From the IMG/VR virus record IMGVR_UViG_3300036783_000113, positions 1 to 64,000 of that record: a stretch of DNA of 64,000 nt. One strand, given 5' to 3'. This document shows positions 38,401 through 47,300 of the stretch, in pieces. Every line of letters begins with the position of its first letter. The first letter of the stretch is position 1. Source of the DNA: a virus (lineage: Duplodnaviria > Caudoviricetes). Both the position numbers and the translations under genes were made by a program. The notes beneath the pieces are model-generated. The model was not told where the DNA came from, did not search any database, and saw only the letters and a list, made by a program, of their open reading frames with translations.

Positions 38401-39020
38401 CTTCTGAATTACCTGATATCGGTAAGATATTCGAACAAAAAGGTGACTATTCAGGAATTGAGAATGGTGTCGTTGGTGCTGTCGATAAAATCCGTCCTGC
38501 ATGGAATGAAACATTAGATTACATGGCAGGTAGTATGTCTAACATGTTTAACAGCCAACAATGGGGTAGTGTCATTGGTAACTGGACAAGTAACATGGGT
38601 GAAGCGATGAAAAATCTAGCTCCAATATTTGAAGGGGTATTCGCTACTCTTCCTGAAACAATTGGAAAGATTATGTCTGACCTTCCTAACTTAGTTAATA
38701 CTGCTATTCAGAATATCACTGTCGGATTATTTAACACTGTTATCGGCATCTTGAATCATATGGTTGGATTAGTGAATCAAATCATTCCTGCTACTCAACG
38801 TATTCCAGCGTTTGAAGAAATGAAATACGCTAAACCGACTTATACTCAAAATAACGAGACAAATAATGAGACTCAAACTCACAAAGCTGACACTAATGTT
38901 TATAGAAACGTAACTTACGTTGTACAAACAGGTGTTGCTTTAGCTAGTGAATCAGAGCTTAAAGAGTTCGCAATGATTATGGCTAAGATGATTGAAGAAG
39001 AACAGGAGCGTGGGAACTAA
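32463..39020 (+). CDS. tape measure protein with M23 peptidase domain
   Basis: 2185 aa; TP901-like core; HNGMDFAAPTGTPV...GYGN...STGRSTGPHIHYEVR. Confidence 0.92.
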   Translation: MNENNRIGIRFEVNTKELAEMNKAIATIDKFNQASAKMAQSMSQTATASTKSEQAIKNTTQRIQEIERATSSLPNQMKASSQSIDRMGQAVTKLQNDLKGYGRDVKVAVDSNGKMNASFKDSQGNIVKMKAELDQTANRFVNFSNSIQTTNGHLKQLAQAEKAAAQEQKKMAQEAAKAASEMKKNEQHAESLTRAYNKLHQGLDISEVLRRNGGTFNVYNNAVKGNSEIVRANIDRHGKFTQTLRDQQGALTTINGYYNQSHGRLVQYSEAVSSGNKKVAQSMNETTAAAKTGASAMGEWANQTRIAFERMIQWTAVTTVFFQIINGLKAVGATIVEVDHQMTNLRRVMNEDQFMAGTSAVQGFERMLKTATSTAQELGVTVVGVLESMNEFARQGFDENTINYLSRMATVFSAVADIDMSTSASYLTSAMKIFNLEAEESIRIVDELNQVDNDYAVSSDDLAQSLARAGGTANAFGVSMEQVLGHTVAIGEATRESGAIVGNSLKTIYSRVTTVDSAISALKEVGVDVFDPITKDSKDVNVILGDLAGKWDGLSKTQRENIGVTLAGRHQLSRFMVLMDRWGQGVAATDTAYKAAGSGMREYDKYMQSIGANMNLAIAAFQKLAIALGEAGIGAAMIVALKGVTMFTEGITATVEKLGALSFAVPAVVAALGYLAVAYVTTSRAATAAGTSLAIPMNKAGMAVNNLMNSMGASSIAAANMGGAVSKLTTGMRALAMATIMNPFVWVAAAVIGITALVGGMSQAKQEVESMAESARNAEYEFDQLNKRIKEGNPQDMRYDLNKLDQMRDKLKEVADGAKFSEAAFNNQKASMEGSANASLNLGFQLANLKDKIMANNNGTATWFERLPEDLKKTAAELGVTYEKGMTFNEFISALDEKSSRATDSYNELNKKIKETGKPEGILEAAKAMNDLSENTDEAFNSFSKIAGFKDEMINSLKEQMTYIQLMSKVPAEQRTALEDSGLKEAIGSVADRLNLGKDAADGMYNGNQKIIDQSSSNISAFENVKKAVEDVKNATTDKERADATARFNEARNIVKSISERKVEADSSLENADIFKTAEGVKRQEMANTVEQMRLTGLISNDFAHQLQQKIGVEVPLAFAQMSKGASESQQTMASESDTTASRFETSYDRIRRTFGLTGDTSENTGVRIGGVEVGLQNGANQTQNTYGVAHNGMQQNMNQTAGTAEQTGGRVQGSNTGMQQSIGNTGVTFGVNLNGMGGHYNTFGQTSSNTAGTVGGSNSNIDSSTSGMSGNVQGYLKGVQGANKDTGTSYGNMADEASKGSSSANSSAQSGLGGAKKEADGLSKALDGLKTAWNALTKLGTIALNFATGGLIGGGGSEGIRDLSSKVNKTHDFVKSGGGTASGVFSGLPITSEFGYRTDPFTGARTGHNGMDFAAPTGTPVRATTGGVVIKSGWGAQGSGYGGYGNVVAIQDMGGRVHIYGHNSGVNVREGSFVGAGTTIASSGSTGRSTGPHIHYEVRNGGTAISPRGFIGGGNEGVRDLRKYHTGGVVQGGMVDDKFRRNNEVDARLLKGEMVLTQAQQKNLFDMMKTPMEGDRKPKFHSGGVVGGYDKLYGSWTAKDFRASSNQFVTNNFYQGEYRDRVSSASYVKDIGAYSTNDMLYLLTTSIRQVASTDEDKKDYNKQIIDLIKQGNNRDYASKAFDNANLFLPEGVRDLVKQDVMNAVKENEFDGYAERTKKFLDEFIEKMPKVNEQVTKFVDLHHSLNEENERYKEDSFINKFVDKGMLSLGLMEKPTELEATEKKMQEIQERSKNLFEQNAKVKYNTKNPELYSQMAQYAKEFNALNERLYQDRSYGKLMGYSDEQVKESTKELESQWKEALSRWKDLESAIDGNKAIVSDNEKILETLAIDYKKLQKEMEETKKKTEIMEKIKDKVSSIFNWNASSLITEKTDEFGNVVRDVEGTIRAVLDVQKAIDEITKDIYSNIDKTVEEMITSILTSELPDIGKIFEQKGDYSGIENGVVGAVDKIRPAWNETLDYMAGSMSNMFNSQQWGSVIGNWTSNMGEAMKNLAPIFEGVFATLPETIGKIMSDLPNLVNTAIQNITVGLFNTVIGILNHMVGLVNQIIPATQRIPAFEEMKYAKPTYTQNNETNNETQTHKADTNVYRNVTYVVQTGVALASESELKEFAMIMAKMIEEEQERGN

Positions 39021-39385
39021 TGGCTGGATATTTTAAACTTGGAGTGGATGGAGAAGGTTATGCCTTCTTCGTTCCTTCTTCTTTTAATAAGAGTGAAAAG
39101 ATTTTAGGTTCAGGTATAAGACGTACAATTAACGGTACAGCAAAGAGAGATATAATTACAACTAAACACGGATTCAGTTTAGGCTTTGAGTTTTTAGATG
39201 AAGATGAAGTTGCTAATTTATATACTCAATTTGAAAAATATTCTAAACAAGGGAAGAAGTTATCTTTCATTGATGACCACGGAAATAAATACTTTGTCCA
39301 TTGGGGTGAAGAGTTCGGTATTAATGAAAGGCAAAAGAATGGTGTGGAACTTTGGAGTGGATCAATAACATTGGAAGAGGTGTAA
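39020..39385 (+). CDS. distal tail protein-like
   Basis: Directly after the TMP; RRTINGT motif. Confidence 0.55.
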   Translation: MAGYFKLGVDGEGYAFFVPSSFNKSEKILGSGIRRTINGTAKRDIITTKHGFSLGFEFLDEDEVANLYTQFEKYSKQGKKLSFIDDHGNKYFVHWGEEFGINERQKNGVELWSGSITLEEV

Positions 39386-39388
39386 AAA

Positions 39389-42300
39389 ATGCAAGGACGT
39401 TTAGGCCAAGTAATTAGATTTCCGGTAATGAAAGTTCTAGTTGACTTTGATGATACAGGGTATTCGGATTTAAGCAAATGGTACGACATATCTAGTTATG
39501 TATTGGAAGTTAGTGGTAGTAAAGAAAAAGAAGGAGAAAAGACAGGCGGCGTTACTCATGACATCGTTAACTTTTCTGTAGATAATGCCGAAAAGCATTT
39601 CAATAATGATAATCCTAACAGTCCGTTCAAAGGTAAAATAAAAAGTAATTTGAAGTTTAAATTATTAGCTGGATTCAAAGAAGAAACGTTAACTGTTTAC
39701 GCTGCTGGTTCTATTGAAGCTTTTGAACCTTCTTGGAAAGAAACTAAATACAACATCAAGACAATTGATTACATGAAGTTATTAAAGAAAACACCAGTAC
39801 CTAAACAATCTTTCCGTGATGTTTCATTTGAACAATTAGTCAATATATTATGTGATGAATCAGGACTCCCTAAACATATTGTAAGGAAAATACCTAAAAC
39901 TGATTTCTTCTATAGATATGTTAGATTTGAAGAAGAGAACTGTTTTGAAGCTTTGAAGAGTTTAATTCAAGCTGTTGTAGGTGCTGCTTACTTTGAAGGT
40001 GAAGAGTTTATTGTAGAAACTAAATTAGCACTTGACTACAGATTAGATACTGTTGAAAAGTGTACCATCAATGTTGATGACTTAATTGATTTCGATGAAT
40101 CGACAGACGGTTCAGATATCATTAATACGGTTTCCGTAACTTCCCAATACAAAGACATTGCTCCTTTGGAAATCGTGTGGGAAACGCCGGAGAACGTCGT
40201 TAAAGTTCAAAACGAAATCATTAAGTATCTTGGTGGTAATTCAATTAAAATTGACCAAAAGAATTTACCGATAATTAACACTAGTGACGAACCAATTGTA
40301 TTCAAGAATATCACACAAGGTAAAACTATTTACATCCAATCTGTAGATGTTAAGACAGGAACTATTACGATTCATCCTGATAGTTTGTCTAATGTTGGAT
40401 TAAACGATATGTTATCGGTTAGTTATTCTTATCAACAACTAGCTTTGTTACCTTTAAATGAACGTAAGTTTTCTGTACAGTTCAGTGACGATATTGATTC
40501 AATAAACACGCTTGACGTTGCCGTGTGGGATTCGAAAGGTGAAGCTAAGTTAAAGTATTCAGATAAACCTAACGTAGTCAATACGGTATCTCTACAGTCT
40601 TTCAAGTTCGATGCAAAGAACAAGAAATGTGAATTCACTTTAAAAAATAACTACAGTGATGCTATTACAATTTCTACATTACAATTACGCGGTTATCCAA
40701 TTAAAGTATTAAATCCAATTGAAGTTTATGTGAAGAATGATCCTTCTATTCTGAAGTACGAAAAAGCTGAATGGTCATTCCAAAACAATTACATCAACAA
40801 CATTAAGTTAGCGCAAAAGATAGCTCAATACATCGCTGATAACTTTAGTGAGCATAGAAAGAAACTTCAAATCAAAATAGATGGATTCCCTGAACTTAAA
40901 TTAGACAACGTTGTAAAAGTTATTGAACCGAAAAGTGGTACTAATCATAAGTTTACCGTTGAAAAGATAAATTATGCATTCAGTATTACTAACGGCTGGA
41001 CAATGGATGTTGGGTTGTTAGAACTTGATAAGAAACCGTGGGTATATGAATCGTTCAAAGGTGAATCATGGGAGAATACAAATTCAGGTAAGCCGGATAT
41101 AGATTTCATTAGTGATATCAATGCTAATATGATCCGTAACGGTGGAGCTGAATTGTACACTGGATTCGCTGACTATAAAGATGTACAAGCTTTAGACGGC
41201 CAACATTTAGTTCCTGACTATTGGAGATTTGTTCGTGAAACAGGTAACGCAACTTCTCGTATTCGTTCCGGTGGTAACTTAGTGCTGCATGGTATGAACA
41301 GTTTCGAAATCACTACAATAAATAGTGGTAGCGGTTATTATGAACAAATTGTTGACGGAATCAAACCGAGTGCTAACTACGTTCTAACTTTCATGGCAAG
41401 TCCAAGCTCCTGTCTCGGAAAGGGCTATTTAGACTTTTATAACGGTGCTGAATTACTTGATACTAAGGTTATCGATATTGACAAGTATCAAAATTATGAA
41501 ATAAAGGCTGTTAGCCCTGACCATGCGACGAAGGCTGTTGTTCGTCTAGCTAAGTTAGGTGGTACTAATAGTAATGAGTCGATTGTTTTCGATAAAGTTA
41601 AGTTAGAAAATACCGACACTTCAACTCCTTATATCGAAACAGATAATTCGACCGCTATCCAAATGAAACAAAAATACGCTAACTCATTAGTGTTAGGTAA
41701 CAATTATGGATTAGAAGTATTCGACCAAAACTTAAACATTAAAGTTAGATTAGGCCAATACCAAGCTGGTAAATATGGTTTACAAATATTTGGTGGTGGT
41801 ATCAATATCATCAATGGATTACCTGAAGACCAAATTTCCGGTGATGCAACAGGTAAGTGGAATGATGCTAGTAACACTTTAAAGAAATTAGCTGATGATA
41901 GTATCATTTCAATTATCGAAAAGCAATTGTTGAAGCGTGAATTTGCATCAATAGAACTTGGTTACGGTTCACTCCTTTCCATTGCTAAGAATTATTTTCC
42001 TGTAGAAGATGGGATAATAGAAATTTCTAACTTCAGACTTTATTTTGATAAGCTGAAAAAGTTTTTATATACTGATCCTGATTTGAATAACGGCGCTCCT
42101 ATCTTAATTGACATCAACATGACACGCGATAGTCAAGTAGACCCATTGTTATATAGTCAAAGGTTTGGAGAGTACGAAACTTCTAAATTGAGATTAAATG
42201 AAGCTATCGAAAGACGTTCTAAAGAAATGATTAAAGAAGCTAATGATTTAATTGAAGAGGTTAAGGATCAAGTTACATTCAGTTGCGACTTATTCAGTAC

Positions 42301-42547
42301 GAATGGAATAACTTTCGTTAATGGCCAAAGGGAAACGATTCTATATGTTGTCGTTAGAAGAGGGAAGGATGACGTAACAGATTTACTTGATAAATCTAAT
42401 TTCATTTGGAAGAAGAAAAATGATAACGGTCATTTCGATGATAATTGGAACTTAGCTCATATTGGGATAGGGAAACAAGTTACCCTTCCTGATAATGAAA
42501 TTTTAAGACGCGCAACGTTTTCTTGCGACATAGATATCCCTGATTGA
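39389..42547 (+). CDS. tail tip/baseplate hub protein with carbohydrate-binding insertion
   Basis: 1052 aa; hub-like N-terminus, NMIRNGGAE CBM-like module, C-terminal Ig-like domain. Confidence 0.75.
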   Translation: MQGRLGQVIRFPVMKVLVDFDDTGYSDLSKWYDISSYVLEVSGSKEKEGEKTGGVTHDIVNFSVDNAEKHFNNDNPNSPFKGKIKSNLKFKLLAGFKEETLTVYAAGSIEAFEPSWKETKYNIKTIDYMKLLKKTPVPKQSFRDVSFEQLVNILCDESGLPKHIVRKIPKTDFFYRYVRFEEENCFEALKSLIQAVVGAAYFEGEEFIVETKLALDYRLDTVEKCTINVDDLIDFDESTDGSDIINTVSVTSQYKDIAPLEIVWETPENVVKVQNEIIKYLGGNSIKIDQKNLPIINTSDEPIVFKNITQGKTIYIQSVDVKTGTITIHPDSLSNVGLNDMLSVSYSYQQLALLPLNERKFSVQFSDDIDSINTLDVAVWDSKGEAKLKYSDKPNVVNTVSLQSFKFDAKNKKCEFTLKNNYSDAITISTLQLRGYPIKVLNPIEVYVKNDPSILKYEKAEWSFQNNYINNIKLAQKIAQYIADNFSEHRKKLQIKIDGFPELKLDNVVKVIEPKSGTNHKFTVEKINYAFSITNGWTMDVGLLELDKKPWVYESFKGESWENTNSGKPDIDFISDINANMIRNGGAELYTGFADYKDVQALDGQHLVPDYWRFVRETGNATSRIRSGGNLVLHGMNSFEITTINSGSGYYEQIVDGIKPSANYVLTFMASPSSCLGKGYLDFYNGAELLDTKVIDIDKYQNYEIKAVSPDHATKAVVRLAKLGGTNSNESIVFDKVKLENTDTSTPYIETDNSTAIQMKQKYANSLVLGNNYGLEVFDQNLNIKVRLGQYQAGKYGLQIFGGGINIINGLPEDQISGDATGKWNDASNTLKKLADDSIISIIEKQLLKREFASIELGYGSLLSIAKNYFPVEDGIIEISNFRLYFDKLKKFLYTDPDLNNGAPILIDINMTRDSQVDPLLYSQRFGEYETSKLRLNEAIERRSKEMIKEANDLIEEVKDQVTFSCDLFSTNGITFVNGQRETILYVVVRRGKDDVTDLLDKSNFIWKKKNDNGHFDDNWNLAHIGIGKQVTLPDNEILRRATFSCDIDIPD

Positions 42548-42600
42548 TTCAGGGGTATTATTGTTTTTATGAAATTAAAAATTGAAGGGAATGGTCAAAA

Positions 42601-44337
42601 ATGGCAATAGTAGCAAGTGGTCAGCTTACGTTAGTTGATTTAAATGATGCAAAAGTTTTACAGTTATACATTAATTCTAATCAACCAAAGATTCAAATTT
42701 TCAATCCGAACGGCGGGGCTTATGTACCTGATTGGGGCGTAGCTGCAACGAATGTTGTATTAACACCTCAAATGTTTATTGCTGGTTCTAACACGGATAT
42801 CATCACTGATTCAAGCGTTACAATCAAATGGTACGATTCAGCTGCTCCTACAGTTCAATTAGTTACCGATACAAATTATGATATCCCAACTACAGGATTA
42901 AAAACATTAAAAATCAAAAAGAATTTATTGTCAGCTAAAAACCAAATTAGTTACATTTGTAAAGTTACTTGGTATGATCCTGATATAATGACTAACATTG
43001 AAGCAATCGCTACAATCGATTTTGCTAAAGTTACTGCTGGTGCTGATGGTTCAAGTGGTCAAAATGCGATTACAGCTGTATTAACAAATGATACACACAC
43101 TGTACCAACTGATAGTGCTGGTAATGGAGGTTCTTTCACTTCAGCAACTACGACGATGTTAGTTTATAATGGAGCTACTTTAGATAGTGATAATTGGAAT
43201 TATACAGCTGTTGTATCAAGTGGTATTACAGGAGCTTTCGGAACTAGTACAAGCAAAAATGTTTATACGGTTTCCAATATGACAGTTGATTCAGGAACAG
43301 TTGACATTACAGCTAAACGTAGTGGTTACGCTGATATAGTTAAACGATTTACTATCATTAAAAACAAGCAAGGTATTACAGGTGCAAATGCTACTTCTTA
43401 TTGGTTGGTTACGGCTGCTCCTGCAATTCAAAAAAATACTTCAGGCGCTTATTTACCAGCTACATTCGCTATGAACGGAAAGTCACAAACTGGAACTGCT
43501 GCTCCTGTTGATTACAAAGGTCGTTTTAAAGTTTACGATTCAACTGATGGTACAACTTTCACTACAGTTAAGTACAGTTCAACTATCGATGAATCTGTAG
43601 CTTCATTCACACCTACAGTTGGAATTAAAGCGGTTAAGATTGAATTTTATTCAGCTGGACAAGTTAATTTATTAGATTCACAAATTATACCTGTTGTATC
43701 TGACGGAACGAACGGTACAAACGGTACTAACGGCCAAAACTCAATTGTAGCTTATGTTTGGACTCCTGAAGGTAACGTCGTTAAGAATGGTGGAGGAAGT
43801 GTCAAAGCTCAATGTGATGTTTATAATGGTACTTCTCAAGTGACTACAGGAGTAGCTTATCAATGGTACAGATATAAAGCTGGACAAGCGGATCAGGGAG
43901 CTGGTATTGGTTGGGAGAAATTAACTTCAACAGTTAACTACGGCTGTACTAATTACGCAACTGCAACGATGACAATTCCGGCACAAGCTGTTGAAAGTAT
44001 GACTAGTTTCATTTGTGTTGCTACTTATAACGCAAAAGCATACAAAGATGTAGCGACTATTATTGACCAATCTGATCCGTTACAATTAGTTATATTCTCG
44101 CCTGAAGGAACAGTATTTAAGAACGGTCAAGGTGAAAAAAACCCTGTCGCAAAAGTATACCAAGCTGGAAGTGAGATAGATGTAAATGGTACAATATATG
44201 ATTATAAGTGGTCATTAAGAAAAGGTGATGGTTCTGTTGATGCAACTTTCTCTATGACTGGAAAAACAATTAAAGTTTTAGCTACTAAAGTTGATAATAT
44301 AGGTAACTTAATTTGTGACTTATGGACTAAAAGTTAA
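42601..44337 (+). CDS. tail appendage protein with Ig-like domains
   Basis: 578 aa Thr/Gly-rich; GTNGTNG linker. Confidence 0.7.
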   Translation: MAIVASGQLTLVDLNDAKVLQLYINSNQPKIQIFNPNGGAYVPDWGVAATNVVLTPQMFIAGSNTDIITDSSVTIKWYDSAAPTVQLVTDTNYDIPTTGLKTLKIKKNLLSAKNQISYICKVTWYDPDIMTNIEAIATIDFAKVTAGADGSSGQNAITAVLTNDTHTVPTDSAGNGGSFTSATTTMLVYNGATLDSDNWNYTAVVSSGITGAFGTSTSKNVYTVSNMTVDSGTVDITAKRSGYADIVKRFTIIKNKQGITGANATSYWLVTAAPAIQKNTSGAYLPATFAMNGKSQTGTAAPVDYKGRFKVYDSTDGTTFTTVKYSSTIDESVASFTPTVGIKAVKIEFYSAGQVNLLDSQIIPVVSDGTNGTNGTNGQNSIVAYVWTPEGNVVKNGGGSVKAQCDVYNGTSQVTTGVAYQWYRYKAGQADQGAGIGWEKLTSTVNYGCTNYATATMTIPAQAVESMTSFICVATYNAKAYKDVATIIDQSDPLQLVIFSPEGTVFKNGQGEKNPVAKVYQAGSEIDVNGTIYDYKWSLRKGDGSVDATFSMTGKTIKVLATKVDNIGNLICDLWTKS

Positions 44338-44367
44338 GTAATAAAAGAAGTGAAGGGAATGTTGGAT

Positions 44368-47300
44368 ATGGTAAAACAGATTATTGCTTCATCGCAAATA
44401 ACTATGACAGATTTAAGTGATGCGATTATTTCAGGAACGCAACCTACTGCTCCTAAATTGGATCAGTTATGGATTAAACGCGTTCCTCCTAATCCTGACC
44501 AGTTATTTAGATGGAATGGTACGGCGTGGGTAGAACAAACTTTAGATTTAAGTAAGCTAGACCCTGATGCTGATGGTAAAATTGAGAATCATGATATCAC
44601 CATTGGGAATATGGTTGACGATGCAAAGTTAGATATTACAGAAAGACAAGAAGTTAAGAATAAGTTAACTCCTATCATTGGTGCTGTTGTCGCTGATGCT
44701 ACAGCTTCACTACAGAACATCGACCAATTATTAGCTACAGGTGTAGGTGAGCCTGTAGCTGTATTAAAAGCTGCGACTAACGTTGGAATCCCAACTAGTG
44801 ATGCTGATTATGCTAATTTAAGAACTAAGTATAATAATTTATCCACTTATTTAAATGGATTAATACCAGTTAAACCGTGGGATGCTTCTGCTACTAATAA
44901 AGATAAAGTTATCACTGTCATTCCTACTGATTGGAGAAGTAAATGGTTAGATTATTACAAAGCTGTACAAGTTTTAACTACAGCTGTACAAACGAAGTTA
45001 CAAGGTAATATAGAAAACATCAATGTTGGCGTTCGTAATTTACTATTAGATACTAGCGGAACAACAATGAAATCAGATACAGGAACAAACATTTCCGATA
45101 CTGTTCTTAAATCATTTCAATTTGCTCCTGATACATTCGAAATGATTAGAGGTAAAGAAGTGTCTCTTTCTCTCACGGCTAGAACACAAATTTTCTCAAA
45201 GGGAACTCCTTCGCCGTGGGCAGGTATGGAATTGTCAGTGACGTACGATGACAACGAACAAGTCTGGCTTCCTATTCGTGTGGAAGATAAAGTTGCTACC
45301 ACTCAAGGTTGGACTCGTCATTCAGCTGTTGTCACGATAAAAGACAAAGCAATTAAGGCTGGTTATTTGAATAGCTTAATTAGAAACGTTAAAGGTATGA
45401 TAGAAATTAAAGAGTGGCAAATGGAAGTAGGTAACAAAGCTAGTAATTACAAACCTGCTATTGAAGATATAGACAAAGCTATTAAAGATGCCGATAAAAA
45501 AGCTCAAGATGTAACTAATTCAGTTAACGATATGTCTTTAGATAGCAAATTAACACCAGTTGAGAAGATTCAATTAAAGACTGATTATGAATCAATAACT
45601 GCTGAATTCAATACAACTCTTACTTCGGCTGATGCGTTTAATTTGACTTCATCATCGGAAAGGGTTTCCTACAATGCTGCTTATGATGTGTTAAAAAAAT
45701 ACATTGATCCATTGCTCGTTAAGATGAACGAAACATCTGATGTGGATCGCACTGTATTCAGACAACGTTTCAAAGATTACTACGATACTAAAGCTAAGTT
45801 GTTAAAGAAAATTTCTGATACTTCAAAAGGTTTAATTGATTTAACTGGTCAAGGTAATGGTAATATTTTACGTAATTCAGCTTGGATAAACAGCGAAAAA
45901 TATTGGATAAAATCAGCGAACAGTGCAACTCATACACTTGAGCTTTTAGATAATTCATTTTTAGGCCAAAAAGTTTACAGACAAACAGTAATAAATGAAA
46001 CTGTAGATAAATGGTATGCTGTTTATTCTGATTACTTTCCTGCTGTAGCTAATCAAACCTTCACTTTTAGTTTGTTCGCTAACACTACCGACAAAACAAA
46101 ATTAGACAAACCTGCATTTTTGATAGCTGAATGGTTTGATAAAGATGGCACAAGACTCCTTAGAGGTAGTGTAGAACTTGCAGCTTCTACTAATAATAAA
46201 TGGGAAAGGTTTTCTTTCACAACTACAGTTCCCGATACAGCCGTTAAAGGTAGATTAAGATTTCACTTAACGAGAAACGGTCAAATTTATTATGCTAAAC
46301 CGATGGTTCAACAAGGTTCTTTCTTAGGAGAATGGAGTCCTAGCTATCTAGATTTTTCATTAGACGAAATTGATAAGAATGCTGAAGAGAGCAAAAACAA
46401 CATCGCCGATATGTCAAACGACAGTAAATTAACTCCATTAGAAAAAGTTCAGTTAAAGAAAGAATGGGGAACGATGGTTGCTGAAAAGCCGCAATTTGAA
46501 GCTTTAGCAAACTCATTGAAGATTACAACTGAACTAAATGATTATATCAACGCGTATACTACATTGAATAATACACTTAACGGAACTACTGGTTATCTCA
46601 AAAACATGCAATCTACTGATGACATTAATGCTGCTACATTCCGTACTCAATTTGAAACATATTACGCGAAACAAGCTGCACTAATCAAAAAAGTTAACCA
46701 ATTAATTCAAGGTAACATTGATGGTATTCAAGGTACGAGAAATTTAATTCTTAATTCAAAGGTTACAGTTACGAATACCAATTACCTAATTAATGAATAT
46801 AAAACTTCTGAAGACTTTATTGAAGGTCAAGATTACACATTAGTGGTAAAAGGCTCTGTACCTTCAGGTCAGTTGTTCGGAATTTGGTTATACGACGGAA
46901 ATCATAGTCCAGCTATGATAGATATAACTAAAGCTGACAGTAAATTTTCTGAAGGTGTATATTATATTTCGTTTAAAGGATCAAAAAGAAATTCAGGTGA
47001 TCCAAGAGTTTTAAGATTGTACAATTGGAGAAGCGAAAACATCGCTGGTAAAAGTGCCACTATCGAATGGGTTGCTTTATATAAAGGAACTAAAGCTTTC
47101 GATTGGTCACCTGCTCCTGAAGATGCTGATATTGGTAAGACTAACTTGTTTGTTGATTCTGAATTTAAAAGTTCGATAAACTGGATTATGCAAGATGTAT
47201 CAAGACAAAAAGTAGAGACTGGTATTATGCCTAATGGAGTTAGACATTTTCAAGCTACTGTTTCTGTCTCTCCTGCTTATGTTGATTTCACTCAATTCAT